Of a stretch of DNA of 64,000 bases, positions 7,795 to 17,974 are shown in pieces. The notes below the pieces were generated by a model, which saw only the letters and a list, made by a program, of their open reading frames with translations, had not been told where the DNA came from and made no database searches. Made by a program: the position numbers and the translations under genes. Positions within the stretch are counted from its first letter, which is position 1. Each line of letters opens with the position of its first letter. The DNA comes from an uncultured Eubacteriales bacterium (GTDB taxonomy: Bacteria; Acidobacteriota; Aminicenantia; Aminicenantales; Saccharicenantaceae). The stretch lies in assembly GCA_964523615.1 (NCBI GenBank), contig CAZFZU010000001.1, positions 27,063 to 91,062 on the forward strand, written 5' to 3'.

Positions 7795-9768
7795 TCAGAT
7801 GATTTTGAAGCCGATGTCCTTCAGGTAATCGAACGTCGGGTCATAGAACGAGGGCAAGCGCGTCGGGTCCTCCTTGTCCCCCGGCGGCACGACGATGACC
7901 ATTCCCTGGCGGGCCCGGGTCAACAGGACCCGGTAAGCGTTCTTCTGGTATTTCTGTCGTTCCGGGTCCTTGATGTTCGTCCACTTATCGCCAAGGAAAG
8001 ATTTGTGCGCCCATCCGGAATGGGAATAACGGAAATCGGCGTCCCAAGTGATACAAGTCCAATCTAGCTCCAGTCCCTGGACGTCGAATTCCGTCGCCAC
8101 ATCTTCAAGATAGTAGGATGAGCGGACATCGTTCTTTCCATCCAGGAACCAATGGACAGGATCCGTGGGGGATTTGACAAAAATGGCATGGGGCTTGAGT
8201 CGTTCGGCCTGAGACGAAACGACGATTCCATATCGTTCTGTTCCTCTAGCCTGCCGCCGTAGCCACGTCTTAGCCTTGTCGATTTCCCGAGTGATCACTA
8301 TGGGGTATTTCCCCGTCAATTGTCCATGGGTCCAGCGCGCCGCCTCGGTTTCGCGATCGAGCAACTGCTTAACTAAGAGGGAGACGTTCTCGGCGCGGAA
8401 CGAGCGCATAGACACGGAGAGGTGAAGCGACTTCTCTTCGTTCACATGTCCCAACGGTTTCAGGCGCTCCAAGGCTCTTCCGGCATCATACTCGTTGTCC
8501 ATCAATTGCGGCGAGATGTAAACGCGCCAATCCCTGAAACGTCGTAACAGCGAATCGATCCATTCCGAGATCCCGGCCTCCCCCGTATTGATCTCCTGGC
8601 CTCCCCCTACAAGACAGATGACGACGGCCCAATCGGGGTGACGGTCGAGACATGAAATGAGGAATTCCGGTTCTGAAAACGTGAACCCAGGCGTCTTTTT
8701 CTTCCGTTTCATGAAGTCCGCGGTCTTTTGGGGAGTCCATGCGCGCTGCGCCTCATCGAAGAGGGCCACGTGATCGATCGGCGGTTTCGCGTCGATCAGG
8801 CAATCGTCCCGGAAGTGATGGACGTTCTGGATGAATGCCTTGACGCGGCTTTTCGCGTCATGTTTCTTGATCTTCTTGCCCCGGGCCTTTTCTCTCGCGA
8901 CCATATCCCTGGCCAGGGCTTCTTGCAGGATCTTCACGAGCGGGCCGTTTCCGGAAAGAAAGACGCTATGATGAGCATCGGCCGTATCGATATATTTCGT
9001 GGCGATGTTGAGTCCGACGAGGGTTTTGCCGGCCCCCGGGACGCCGGTCACGAAGCAGATCGATTTATGCCCCTGGGATTTCGACCGCTGGATGATGTCC
9101 GAGACCGCGTCAGACGTCTCCCGTAAGTTGATCGCGCCCGCGTCGCTACGGGAGATCTCAGCTACGGAATGACTTCGATAGAGCGCTAGAGCGGCTTCCA
9201 TTATAGTCGGTGTCGGGCTGTATCGTCCGGTCCTCCATATCTGCCAATCGATAGGTTCCCCTTCCGCGAAATGCAAGACATCCACGAGGGTTTGCCCGAA
9301 CAGCTCCGCGTTAGTTCTAATGGGATACAGCAGCTTGTCGTTCTGAGGCGTCATGGAGATAACGGGCATGACGGTTTTGGCGCCGGTCGCGATCAGAATG
9401 GGCGCGATGACCCGGTCATGGCTCGTTTCGTGGAAGTTCTTGAGGTCCAAGGCATAATCGGTCACTTGGTCGACGGCATATGCGGAAAAATCCTGGGAAC
9501 CCGTCTTGAATTCGAGGACGAAGATGACCGGTCCAATGATGAGGAGGACATCAATCCTCTCTCCCATGCGGGGGATCGCATATTCGAAATAGATGGCCCC
9601 TGAATAAGGGCCCAGCACCGAACGGAGGATCTGGATCTCCTCGACCCAGGCCGCACGTTGCTCGGAGGTGTCCGGGAAGTCGCTGCCGAGCGCTAGCTTT
9701 CCGACGATCTCTTCCGTTGACGTTCGGAGGAATCCGGAGATCGTGTCAGAATAATATTCGCGGTTCAC
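7795..9768 (-). CDS. DUF2075-type (Schlafen-like) SF1 helicase/ATPase with an N-terminal PD-(D/E)xK-like nuclease region
   Basis: 657 aa with Walker [11 protein letters not shown]. The C-terminal [19 protein letters not shown] block is typical of DUF2075 and UvrD-C-like proteins. The N-terminal ...[18 protein letters not shown]... looks like a D...ExK nuclease core. GC was about 53-58% in sampled lines, against ~68% in the flanks. The GTG start overlaps the upstream stop (GTGA). Confidence 0.75.
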   Translation of the reverse strand: MNREYYSDTISGFLRTSTEEIVGKLALGSDFPDTSEQRAAWVEEIQILRSVLGPYSGAIYFEYAIPRMGERIDVLLIIGPVIFVLEFKTGSQDFSAYAVDQVTDYALDLKNFHETSHDRVIAPILIATGAKTVMPVISMTPQNDKLLYPIRTNAELFGQTLVDVLHFAEGEPIDWQIWRTGRYSPTPTIMEAALALYRSHSVAEISRSDAGAINLRETSDAVSDIIQRSKSQGHKSICFVTGVPGAGKTLVGLNIATKYIDTADAHHSVFLSGNGPLVKILQEALARDMVAREKARGKKIKKHDAKSRVKAFIQNVHHFRDDCLIDAKPPIDHVALFDEAQRAWTPQKTADFMKRKKKTPGFTFSEPEFLISCLDRHPDWAVVICLVGGGQEINTGEAGISEWIDSLLRRFRDWRVYISPQLMDNEYDAGRALERLKPLGHVNEEKSLHLSVSMRSFRAENVSLLVKQLLDRETEAARWTHGQLTGKYPIVITREIDKAKTWLRRQARGTERYGIVVSSQAERLKPHAIFVKSPTDPVHWFLDGKNDVRSSYYLEDVATEFDVQGLELDWTCITWDADFRYSHSGWAHKSFLGDKWTNIKDPERQKYQKNAYRVLLTRARQGMVIVVPPGDKEDPTRLPSFYDPTFDYLKDIGFKII

Positions 9769-10355
9769 TTCATCCGGTCCCGCATCTTGGCCTCGTTCTC
9801 GGAGGGCCAGTAGCCGCAGTCGAGCTCCAGGAAGACGGAGGTGTAAGGCACGGCCAGGGTCGTCTTGACCATGACGATCTTGAAGGCCTTTCCGGCTTGA
9901 TCGAGCCGGGCGATGAGCTCTTCATGGAGGACGGGCGCGGCGCCCCGGCCCTTGAGCGCCTCGTCGAGCCGCCGCTTGGCCTCGTCCGCTCCCGGCGCCA
10001 GGTCCTCGGTCACGTATCCCAGCTCCTTGTCGAGCCAGATCTTGGGCCGGATGTGCTTGGCGCCGTCGACGGCCTCGAGCACCTTCTCCAGGACGGCGAA
10101 ATGGTCCTCGCCCGTGACGATGGTCTCGATGCCGGGCGAGATCTGGAGGGGGAAGGCCGAGTCGGCTACCACGATCCAGTTGCGGTGGCCTAGGGCCGGC
10201 AGATAGGCGGCGAGCTTGTCCATCCAGGCCGGGGACGCGACGGCTTGAGCGTTGGTCATGGCGTGTTCCTCCCCTTTCGCTTCGTCCTCCTGATCACAGG
10301 CGACGAACGCCGCGAGCAGGACGGCCAATCCGACGCTCAGGAGCTTAACGCGCAC
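9765..10355 (-). CDS. RbsD/FucU (sugar mutarotase/pyranase) family protein with an N-terminal signal or lipoprotein-like peptide
   Basis: [16 protein letters not shown] and [21 protein letters not shown] resemble the LGHxDxxvvxDAxxP and C-terminal blocks of RbsD/FucU. The N-terminus is [20 protein letters not shown]. Confidence 0.55.
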   Translation of the reverse strand: MRVKLLSVGLAVLLAAFVACDQEDEAKGEEHAMTNAQAVASPAWMDKLAAYLPALGHRNWIVVADSAFPLQISPGIETIVTGEDHFAVLEKVLEAVDGAKHIRPKIWLDKELGYVTEDLAPGADEAKRRLDEALKGRGAAPVLHEELIARLDQAGKAFKIVMVKTTLAVPYTSVFLELDCGYWPSENEAKMRDRMK

Positions 10356-10376
10356 GATATCCTCCTCCGCGGTCCG

Positions 10377-10808
10377 TCATTCGCCCGGCAGGAGCCGGTA
10401 GGTCGCCGCGATGGGCGCCGCCATCTTGAGCATGGCCCAGACCGGGCAATAGCGCTCCTCGGACAGGGCCAGGGCCTTCTCGACCTGGGCCGGATCGAGC
10501 TTGCCGCCCCTGAACTCGAACTCGAGCACGATCGAGGTGAAGACGGCCGGGTGGATCTCCTTCTTCTCGCCGCGGGCGTGGACGGTCAGGTCCTCGACCT
10601 CCTGGCCCATGCGCTTGAGAAGGCCGACCGCGACCTGGCCGCTGCAACCGGCCAGGCTGGCCAGGACGAGCTCCATGGGTGTGTGCCCGCCGATCGGTCC
10701 CCCTTCCGCCGCGAAATCGATGGCCACGGTCGTCCCGGCCCGCTCGGACCGGCCCTCGAACTTCATGCCGCCCTTGAAGACGATGTCCGCGCGAGACTCC
10801 TTGGCCAT
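10377..10808 (-). CDS. OsmC/Ohr family peroxiredoxin-like protein
   Basis: 143 aa with GGHTPMELVLASLAGCSG and SEERYCPVWAML, the two conserved Cys blocks of the OsmC family. Confidence 0.85.
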   Translation of the reverse strand: MAKESRADIVFKGGMKFEGRSERAGTTVAIDFAAEGGPIGGHTPMELVLASLAGCSGQVAVGLLKRMGQEVEDLTVHARGEKKEIHPAVFTSIVLEFEFRGGKLDPAQVEKALALSEERYCPVWAMLKMAAPIAATYRLLPGE

Positions 10809-10877
10809 GGGCAGGCTCCTTTCGCCGGGATGCGGGCGGACGCCCGCCGCTAGTATCCAACGGGGCGCCGGCCGGCG

Positions 10878-11936
10878 TCAATAAGGCAGGGCGACGAAGA
10901 ACTCGACCCACTTCCCGGGCTCGCCCTCGACCCAGATGCGGCCCTTGTGCTTGTCGACGACGGTCTTCGAGATGTAGAGCCCCAGGCCCGAGCCCTTGAC
11001 GCCCTCGGTGCCCTTTTGTTTGAGCCGCTCGAAGCGCTTGAAGAGCCGGGGCATGTCTTCCTTGGGGATGCCGACGCCCTCGTTGCGGACCGCCAGCACG
11101 AGCTCGCCGTCCCGCGCCGCCAGCCGTATCCGGACCGGCGTGCCCTCGGCGCCGTACTTGACGGCGTTGTTGACGAGGTTCGCGACCAGGATCTTGAGCA
11201 GGTTGGGATCGCCCTCGATGACGGGGTCGCCGTCGAGCTCGGTCACGATGGCCATCCGGCGGACGTTGTCGCAGACGCCGGGCATGTCCAGGACCGGCCC
11301 GACGACGGCCGAGGCGAAGGGGACCTTCTCCTTGAACAGGGCCAGCCCATCGAGCTCCATCTTGGACAGGTCGATGTAGCTGCGGATGATGTCCTCGAGA
11401 TAGGAGCAGTTGCGGATGATGGTCTCGACGATCCTCTGCTGCTCGGGCTCGAGCTTGCCGAAATAGCCCCGCTGCAGGGTCGTCGCCGTCGTCTGGACGG
11501 CGGCCAGGGGGCTCTTGAGCTCGTGGGAGACGATGGCCATGAGATCGAGCATCTTGGCCCCGGCGGCGTCCTTGCGGGCCTCGATGGCGTTGGCGATGAC
11601 GCTCCGCAGCTCGTCCGGGGTGAAGGGCTTGGGGACGTAGTCGAAGGCCCCGTTCTTGAGGGCTTCGCGGGCCGTGTCGACGCTCGAGAATCCGGTGAAG
11701 ATGATGACGGTCGTCTTGGGCCGGTCCCGGCGCAGGGCCTTGAGGACCTCCATGCCGCCGAGGCCGGGCATCTTGAGGTCGGTGACGACGATGTCGTAGT
11801 CCTTGGCCATGGCCATGGCCAGACCCTCGTCGCCGGAGGGGGCCGTGTCGATCTCGTGGTCGGAGCCGGCGAAGATGCGCTTCGAGCTCTTGAGGACGAT
11901 GTCCTCGTCGTCGATGAACAGCAGCTTGACGCCCAT
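10878..11936 (-). CDS. Hybrid response-regulator receiver / histidine kinase (REC-HisKA-HATPase)
   Basis: REC motifs DDED...DLKMPG...KPF are present, with H-box VSHELKSPL, N-box LVNNAVKY and G-box GSGLGLYIS. Confidence 0.9.
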   Translation of the reverse strand: MGVKLLFIDDEDIVLKSSKRIFAGSDHEIDTAPSGDEGLAMAMAKDYDIVVTDLKMPGLGGMEVLKALRRDRPKTTVIIFTGFSSVDTAREALKNGAFDYVPKPFTPDELRSVIANAIEARKDAAGAKMLDLMAIVSHELKSPLAAVQTTATTLQRGYFGKLEPEQQRIVETIIRNCSYLEDIIRSYIDLSKMELDGLALFKEKVPFASAVVGPVLDMPGVCDNVRRMAIVTELDGDPVIEGDPNLLKILVANLVNNAVKYGAEGTPVRIRLAARDGELVLAVRNEGVGIPKEDMPRLFKRFERLKQKGTEGVKGSGLGLYISKTVVDKHKGRIWVEGEPGKWVEFFVALPY

Positions 11937-11959
11937 GGTCTGTCTCCCGCGCCGCCCGC

Positions 11960-13882
11960 TCAGCGGGCCGGCAGCTTGATGATGAACTCCGTGCCCTCGC
12001 CGATACGGCTCTGGACGTCGATCTGCCCGCCGTGGCGCTGGATGGCGCCGTAGACCATCGGCAGGCCCAGGCCCGTCCCCTGCCCGCGGTCCTTGGTCGT
12101 GAAGAAGGGCTCGAAGATCTTGTTCAGGTTCTCCTCGCTGATGCCGACGCCCGTGTCGGCCACCCGGATGACGGCCATGCCCGTTCCCGGCTCGACCGAA
12201 GTGGCGATGGTCAGCCGGCCGCCCGAGGGCATGGCGTCGGCCGCGTTGACGGCCAGGTTGTTGATGACCCCCCGGATCTCGCCGGCGTCGACGTTGACGC
12301 GGGGCAGGTCCGGGGCCAGGTCCTTGACGATCTTGACGTTCTGGAAGGTGACGTGCTTCTCCAGGATGCGCAGGGCGTCCTCGATGAGGGCGTTGAGGTC
12401 GGCCGGGGCCCGCTCCGACTTGGTGTCGCGGGCGAAGTCCAGGATGCCCCGGACGATGCCCCGGCAGCGCAGGGTCTCGTCGCGGATGACCTTGAGGTCC
12501 TCCTCGTACGGCGTGCCCTTCATGTCCTCGAGCAGGAGCGAGCTGTAGGTCAGGACGCCGGTCAGGGGGTTGTTGATCTCGTGGGCGATGCCCGAGGCCA
12601 TCCGCCCGATCGAGGCCAGCTTCTCGGACTTCAGGATGGTCCGGTCGGCCAGGTCCGTCAGCTGTCGGTCGCGCTCCTGGATGGCGTCGACCATGCCGTT
12701 GAAGGCCCGGGCCAGCCGCCGGGCGTCCTCGTCGTCGTGGGGGTCGGTCTCGATGCGGTGGTAGAAGCCCAGGGCCATCTCGGTCGAGGCGTCGATGATG
12801 CGCTTGACCGGCTTGGTGTAGAGGGCGATGAGGTAGCCGGACAGGGCCAGGGCCAGGACGGTGGCCAGGAGGATGACCAGGAGGTAGGAGATGGTCGTGT
12901 TGCGGACGACGACGTCGAACTTCTTCTTCAGGACGCCGACGTAGAGCATGCCCAGGACCTTCTGGTCGAAGTCGTAGAGCGGCGTGTAGCCGGAGATGTA
13001 CCAGTCGTCGACGACGAAGGCCTTGCCGACCCAGGTCTCACCGCGCTCGAAGACCTTGCGGTAGACCTCCTCGGACACCTGGGTCCCGATGGCCCGCTTG
13101 CCCGTCGGGCCGAGGACGTTGGTGGCCACCCGGACGTCGCCGAGGAAGATCGTCGTCGTCCCGGCGTCCTTGCCGTTGATCCTCTCGTCCCGGAAGACGA
13201 GACGCTTGAAGCGGTCGACGAAGGCGTCGTTGTTGTTGAGCAGGATGGCGCCGTAGAGGATGCCGGCCAGGCGGTCGCCGTCGAGGATGGGCGCGGCGAT
13301 CTTGATGATCAGGGCCCGGTCCTCGGCCGGCCTCGGCCGGGGCCGGGCGTGCGAGGTCTCGACGACCGGGATGACCGTCCGCGAGGCCAGGTCGGCGCCT
13401 TCCCGGGCGATGTCCTCGTAGTCGAGCAGGCCCGTGCCGGCGATGGGGGCATGGGTCCGCAGGACCTCCTGGACGGTCCGGTAGCCGGTCATGCTGTCGC
13501 CGAAGGCCTCGAAGTTGTTGGCCCGGACGAGCATGGTGCCGTCGGCGTTGATGGCGTCGACGATGTCGAAGCCGAACTCGCGCTTGATCTGGACGAGCTT
13601 CTCGAACAAGAAGGCCCGGTCGCGGGCGGCCGTGGCCCGGACGATCTCGGGGGTCCGGGCCATGTACTGGATGGTCCGGGAGCGGTTGTCGATCTCCTCC
13701 CGGTAGAGCTCGCTCGTCGAGGCCAGGTTGGTCCCCACGGTGGCGTAGGCGTCGCGGACGAGGTTGGTGTTGAGCGCGCTCAGCCCGACGATGATCGACA
13801 GGACCCCGGCCAGCAGGACGATGGCCAGCAGGCTGACGACGAGCTTGAAACGGATGTTCGAGCGCGCGATGGACTTGATCAT
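11960..13882 (-). CDS. Sensor histidine kinase with extracytoplasmic Cache-like domain, HAMP, HisKA and HATPase
   Basis: 640 aa with two TM segments flanking a ~300-aa sensor domain. It has H-box [11 protein letters not shown]-box [12 protein letters not shown] and G-box GTGLGL. The start overlaps the upstream stop by 4 nt. Confidence 0.9.
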   Translation of the reverse strand: MIKSIARSNIRFKLVVSLLAIVLLAGVLSIIVGLSALNTNLVRDAYATVGTNLASTSELYREEIDNRSRTIQYMARTPEIVRATAARDRAFLFEKLVQIKREFGFDIVDAINADGTMLVRANNFEAFGDSMTGYRTVQEVLRTHAPIAGTGLLDYEDIAREGADLASRTVIPVVETSHARPRPRPAEDRALIIKIAAPILDGDRLAGILYGAILLNNNDAFVDRFKRLVFRDERINGKDAGTTTIFLGDVRVATNVLGPTGKRAIGTQVSEEVYRKVFERGETWVGKAFVVDDWYISGYTPLYDFDQKVLGMLYVGVLKKKFDVVVRNTTISYLLVILLATVLALALSGYLIALYTKPVKRIIDASTEMALGFYHRIETDPHDDEDARRLARAFNGMVDAIQERDRQLTDLADRTILKSEKLASIGRMASGIAHEINNPLTGVLTYSSLLLEDMKGTPYEEDLKVIRDETLRCRGIVRGILDFARDTKSERAPADLNALIEDALRILEKHVTFQNVKIVKDLAPDLPRVNVDAGEIRGVINNLAVNAADAMPSGGRLTIATSVEPGTGMAVIRVADTGVGISEENLNKIFEPFFTTKDRGQGTGLGLPMVYGAIQRHGGQIDVQSRIGEGTEFIIKLPAR

Positions 13883-14283
13883 GACAGGGCCCGGGCGATC
13901 TTGGCCAGCAGCTCGTCGAGATCGACGGGCTTGGTCAGGAACTCGTTCCGCCCCGGCAGAAAGCTGTCGGACGGATCCATGGAGAAGCGCGAGTTCGTGA
14001 CCTGGTCGATGGCCGTCAGGATGACGATGGGGACGTCCCGGAAGGCCCTGTACTTCGAGGTCTCGCGTCGGCTGCGGATGGCGTCGGCGGCCTCGAAGCC
14101 GGCCGTGTCCGTCTCCATCATGACGTCCAGGACGACCAGGTCGGGCCGCTCGGCCAACAGGGCCTTGAGGCCTTCGGCGCCGCTGTGCGCGGCGGCGACG
14201 TCGTAGCCGTGGGCCTTGAGGACCTGGGCCAGGCTGGCCACGAGGTCCCGGTCGTCGTCGACGACGAGGATCTTTTTGCTCAT
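13879..14283 (-). CDS. Single-domain response regulator (CheY-like, with an insert)
   Basis: The protein begins MSKKILVVDDDRD, with ...DLVVLDVMME... and ...LTKPVD. The ATG at 14283 overlaps the hycG-like stop (ATGA). Confidence 0.85.
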   Translation of the reverse strand: MSKKILVVDDDRDLVASLAQVLKAHGYDVAAAHSGAEGLKALLAERPDLVVLDVMMETDTAGFEAADAIRSRRETSKYRAFRDVPIVILTAIDQVTNSRFSMDPSDSFLPGRNEFLTKPVDLDELLAKIARALS

Positions 14284-14810
14284 GTGTTCAGGACCTTGTA
14301 GATGACGTTGCGCTCTTCCCAGGCCTTGTTCCGCTCGTACATGTCGATGGGGAACTCGACCTGTTTGAGCTCGACCGGGGCGGCCTTTTTGTCGACCAGG
14401 CCGAGGGCCAGGGCGACGCCGTAGATGATGGCCTCCGGCCTCGGCGGGCAGCCGGGGATGTAGTAGTCGACCGGGACGGCCGTGGCCCCGCCGCCGGTGA
14501 CGTTGTAGGTGTCGAACCAGCAGCCGCCGCCGATGGCGCAGGAGCCGATGCCGAAGACGAGCTTGGGCGCGGGCATGGCCGCCCAGGCCTTCTTGACGAG
14601 CGGCAGGGTCGGCCGGGTCACGGCCCCGGACAGGAGCATGACGTCGGCGTGGCGCGGCGAGCCGACCAGCTTGATGCCGAACCGTTCGACGTCGTAGTAG
14701 GGCGTCAGGATGTTGAGGATCTCGATGTCGCAGCCGTTGCAGGCGCCGCTGTTGCAGTGGTAGACCCAGAGCGAGCGCGGGAAGCACGTCTTGGCCAGTT
14801 TGGCGAGCAT
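14280..14810 (-). CDS. hycG: Group-4 [NiFe]-hydrogenase small subunit (HycG/NuoB-like)
   Basis: CNSGACNGCDIE, GSCAIGGG and IPGCPPRPE are the NuoB/HycG [4Fe-4S] ligand blocks. Confidence 0.9.
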   Translation of the reverse strand: MLAKLAKTCFPRSLWVYHCNSGACNGCDIEILNILTPYYDVERFGIKLVGSPRHADVMLLSGAVTRPTLPLVKKAWAAMPAPKLVFGIGSCAIGGGCWFDTYNVTGGGATAVPVDYYIPGCPPRPEAIIYGVALALGLVDKKAAPVELKQVEFPIDMYERNKAWEERNVIYKVLNT

Positions 14811-14811
14811 G

Positions 14812-15357
14812 TCAGTCTCCTGTCCCGTCCGGTCGCTCGTAGCGCTCGGTCGGGCCGAGCTCCCGGGGCTCGAAGGTGTCGGTCGCCCGGCGCAGGACCG
14901 TGCGGGCCTCCAGGCTGTCGTAGCGGTAGCCGGTCAGGCCGAGCTTGTCGATGGCGCTGGCCGTCTCCATGTCGTAGCACCGGCCGCAGCGCTGGCAGGT
15001 CAGCATGAACAGCTCCAGCGTCTCCGTGATGTCGTTCCGCTCGTCCGTGGCCTGCTCGAAGCGGTCGGTCATGGCGATGGCCTTCTCCGGGCAGACGTCG
15101 GCGCAGCGGCCGCAGTAGGTGCAGCGCGAGCCGTCGTAGAGGAGGACGCGGATCTCCTGGCAGATGTCGCGGACCATGATGGTCCGGGCCGGGCAGTGGT
15201 TGGCGCAACCGCCGCAGCCGATGCACTTCGTATGGTCCCAGTGAGGGGCGCCGCGGAAGCCCTCCGGGGCCGGCCGGGGCTCGAAGGGGTACTTGAGGGT
15301 CACCACGCCGGGCTTGGCCGCCATCAGGACCTGCTTGATCTTGCTCGTCAGCCACAT
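14812..15357 (-). CDS. hycF: Hydrogenase 2x[4Fe-4S] ferredoxin subunit (HycF/NuoI-like)
   Basis: CIGCGGCANHCP and CTYCGRCADVCP are present, plus an additional CQRCGRC. At 181 aa it is close to E. coli HycF in size. Confidence 0.85.
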   Translation of the reverse strand: MWLTSKIKQVLMAAKPGVVTLKYPFEPRPAPEGFRGAPHWDHTKCIGCGGCANHCPARTIMVRDICQEIRVLLYDGSRCTYCGRCADVCPEKAIAMTDRFEQATDERNDITETLELFMLTCQRCGRCYDMETASAIDKLGLTGYRYDSLEARTVLRRATDTFEPRELGPTERYERPDGTGD

Positions 15358-15376
15358 GGCGCTTCTCCCGGTGCTC

Positions 15377-16282
15377 CTAGATGCCGGCCACGGCCAGCCC
15401 GACCGCGCCGAGGGCGGCCAGGATGAGGACGGCGTAGATCTTGACGGCCTGGTCGATCCGCAGCCGCGGATTGGTCGAGCCGACCACGGCGATGAGGACG
15501 AAGACGGCCATCGTCCCCAGGAGCTGGGTCAGCAGGTCGCCGGCGTAGGCGCCCGTCCGCAGGAAGGGCAGGAAGACGGCCACGAACAGCCAGGCGTAGA
15601 ACATCTGCTTCATCATCATGTACCAGCGGAACAGGGCGTAGTCCGGCCCGCTGAACTCGATGAACGGGCCCTCGAGGACCTCGATCTCGGCCTCCGCGAT
15701 GTCGAAGGGCTGCTTGGACACGAAGGCCTGCAGGGCGGCCAGATAGGCGACGGCCATGACCGCGGTCGAGAGGCCGTAGCCGGCGGCCGAAGCGCCGAAG
15801 ACGGCCGCGCCCAGCCCCAGGCCGCCGGCGCGGGCGGCGCCGACGAGAAGGGTCATGGCCAGGACCGGTTCGACCATGATCATGGTCACCATCTCCCGGC
15901 TGGCCCCGATGGCGGCGAAGGTGTTGCGGCTGGCCAGGGCCCCGACCAGGACCGAGACCCCGCCGAGCGTCAGGAGATAGACGAGGGTGACGGCGTCGAC
16001 CCGAGCGCCCAGGGCGTTGACCTTGGAGCCGAGGGGGACGAGGGCGGCCACGGCCAGGATCGAGGCGAAGGCGGCCGGCGGGGCCAGGCGGAAGGCCCAG
16101 CTCCCGGCCGAGATGAGGCGCTGCTTGCCGAGCAGTTTGAGCAGGTCGAAGTAGGGCTGGACGACCGGCGGCCCCTTGCGGGTCTGGACCCGGGCCGTGA
16201 TCTTGCGCATCACGCCCTCGAAGAGCGGCGCCAGAAGCAGGAAGAGGAGGACGTTGACGAGGACGGCGACGACGCTCACGAT
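15377..16282 (-). CDS. hycD: Hydrogenase membrane subunit (HycD/NuoH-like)
   Basis: 301 aa starting at GTG 16282 behind GAGGAGGG. APLFEGVMRKITARVQTRKGPP is NuoH/HycD-like and the protein is polytopic. Confidence 0.85.
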   Translation of the reverse strand: MVSVVAVLVNVLLFLLLAPLFEGVMRKITARVQTRKGPPVVQPYFDLLKLLGKQRLISAGSWAFRLAPPAAFASILAVAALVPLGSKVNALGARVDAVTLVYLLTLGGVSVLVGALASRNTFAAIGASREMVTMIMVEPVLAMTLLVGAARAGGLGLGAAVFGASAAGYGLSTAVMAVAYLAALQAFVSKQPFDIAEAEIEVLEGPFIEFSGPDYALFRWYMMMKQMFYAWLFVAVFLPFLRTGAYAGDLLTQLLGTMAVFVLIAVVGSTNPRLRIDQAVKIYAVLILAALGAVGLAVAGI

Positions 16283-17964
16283 CCCTCCTCCCCGGCCCCG
16301 CGCCGCGACAGGCGCTCGAGCTCGGCCCGGCCCAGGACGCGTTTCGCGCCCGAGCGGGCGTCGACGACGGCCACCCGGTCCGTGCACGAGAAGCAGGGGT
16401 CGATCTGTCCCAGGATGATGGGGAAGTCGGCGAATTGGTTGTCGAGGAGCATGGCCGGCACGGCCTGCAGGTTCGGATAGGTCGGGGCCCGGACGCGCCA
16501 ACGCTCGGGCCGGTTCTCCTCGCCGGTGACGACGTAGTGGACGGACTCGCCGCGGGGCGCCTCGACCATGGACAGGCCGTGCCGCAGGGGCGGCAGGGCC
16601 TCGGGGACCACGGCCAGGAGCGGCCCGTCGTCGGGCAGGCCGGCCAGGGCCTGGCGCAGGATGGCGATGGACTCGAAGATCTCCAGGACCCGGACGACGA
16701 GCGTCCCCCAGACGTCGCCGCTGTCGGCGACGGGGACGTCGAAGGCCATGTCGGCGTAGGCCGCGTAGGGGTGGTCCTTGCGGCTGTCCATCTTCAGCCC
16801 GCGGGCCCGGGCCACGGGGCCGACCAGGCTCCAGCGCACGGCCTCCTCCCGCGACAGGTAGCCGACGCCCTTGGTCCGGCGGTGGATGGCGCCGTCGCCG
16901 ACGATGGCCTTCTTGAGCGTCATGACCTCCTTCTCCAAGCCGGCCAGGACGCTCTCGATGTCGGCCCGGACCTCGGGCCCGATGTCGCGCCGGACGCCGC
17001 CGATGAGGACCATGCCGTAGGTCTTGCGGTTGCCGGTGATGCGCTCCGAGAGCCACATGACCTTCTCCCGGACCCGCCAGGCCTGCATGAAGACCGTGTC
17101 GAAGCCGATGAGATGCCCGGCGATGCCCAGCCAGAGGAGGTGCGAGTGGAGGCGCTCGATCTCCAGCATGACCGTGCGGATGTACTCGGCCCGACGGGAG
17201 ATCCGGAGGCCGGCGGCGGCCTCGACGGCCTGGGCGTAGCAGACGGCGTGGACCGAGCCGCAGATGCCGCAGATGCGCTCGGCGACGAAGGGCACCTCGT
17301 TGTAGCTGACCTGCGTCTGGCAGAGCTTCTCGATGCCGCGGTGGGTCATGAAGCCGCGGTAGTCGCAGCCCTTGATGGTCTCGCCGTCGACGTAGACGGC
17401 GAAGTGTTCGGGCTCGTGGAGGCTGACGTGGAAGGGCCCGACGGGGACGATGGTCGTCCCGGGCGGGGCCTCGTCGAGCCGGTAGGCGACGTCCTCGGCC
17501 GCCGGCGGCTCGAGGTCGTGCGGGACCTCCTTGCGCAGAGGGTAGATCCCATCCGGCCAGTCGTCGGCCAGGATGAGCCGCTTGGGCTTGGGGTGGCCGG
17601 GGAACGACATCCCCAGGAGGTCCCGGTACTCGCGCTCGGACCAGCCGGCGCTCGGGATGTCCGGGGTGATGGATTCGAAGGACGGGTCGCCGGCCGGGGC
17701 CGAGGTCCGCAGGGCCACCGCGGCGTGGTCGGCGTCGAAGGCGAAGGTGTGGATGAGCCCCAGCGTGCCCTGGCGGGCGATCTCGTCGGTGCCGATGCCG
17801 ACCATGTAGCGGCCGCCGAGCCCGATCAGGGCTTGGGCCGCGGTCCGCAGGACGGCCCGGTCGACGTCGACGAAGAGACGGTCCGGGCGCGGCGACTCCG
17901 CGCCCCGGAAGCCGCCGCCGCAGCGGGCCTCGAGCTCGGTCCTGATCCTGGCGAGGGCGTCCAT
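16276..17964 (-). CDS. hycE: Group-4 [NiFe]-hydrogenase large subunit, NuoC-NuoD fusion (HycE-like)
   Basis: 562 aa. The N-terminal NuoC-like part contains WSEREYRDLLGMSFPGHP. Ni-Fe ligand motifs ERICGICGSVH and IDPCFSCTDR are present. A ~30-aa C-terminal extension after the second motif is a likely substrate for an endopeptidase. Confidence 0.92.
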   Translation of the reverse strand: MDALARIRTELEARCGGGFRGAESPRPDRLFVDVDRAVLRTAAQALIGLGGRYMVGIGTDEIARQGTLGLIHTFAFDADHAAVALRTSAPAGDPSFESITPDIPSAGWSEREYRDLLGMSFPGHPKPKRLILADDWPDGIYPLRKEVPHDLEPPAAEDVAYRLDEAPPGTTIVPVGPFHVSLHEPEHFAVYVDGETIKGCDYRGFMTHRGIEKLCQTQVSYNEVPFVAERICGICGSVHAVCYAQAVEAAAGLRISRRAEYIRTVMLEIERLHSHLLWLGIAGHLIGFDTVFMQAWRVREKVMWLSERITGNRKTYGMVLIGGVRRDIGPEVRADIESVLAGLEKEVMTLKKAIVGDGAIHRRTKGVGYLSREEAVRWSLVGPVARARGLKMDSRKDHPYAAYADMAFDVPVADSGDVWGTLVVRVLEIFESIAILRQALAGLPDDGPLLAVVPEALPPLRHGLSMVEAPRGESVHYVVTGEENRPERWRVRAPTYPNLQAVPAMLLDNQFADFPIILGQIDPCFSCTDRVAVVDARSGAKRVLGRAELERLSRRGAGEEGS

Positions 17965-17974
17965 GCGCGTCTCC

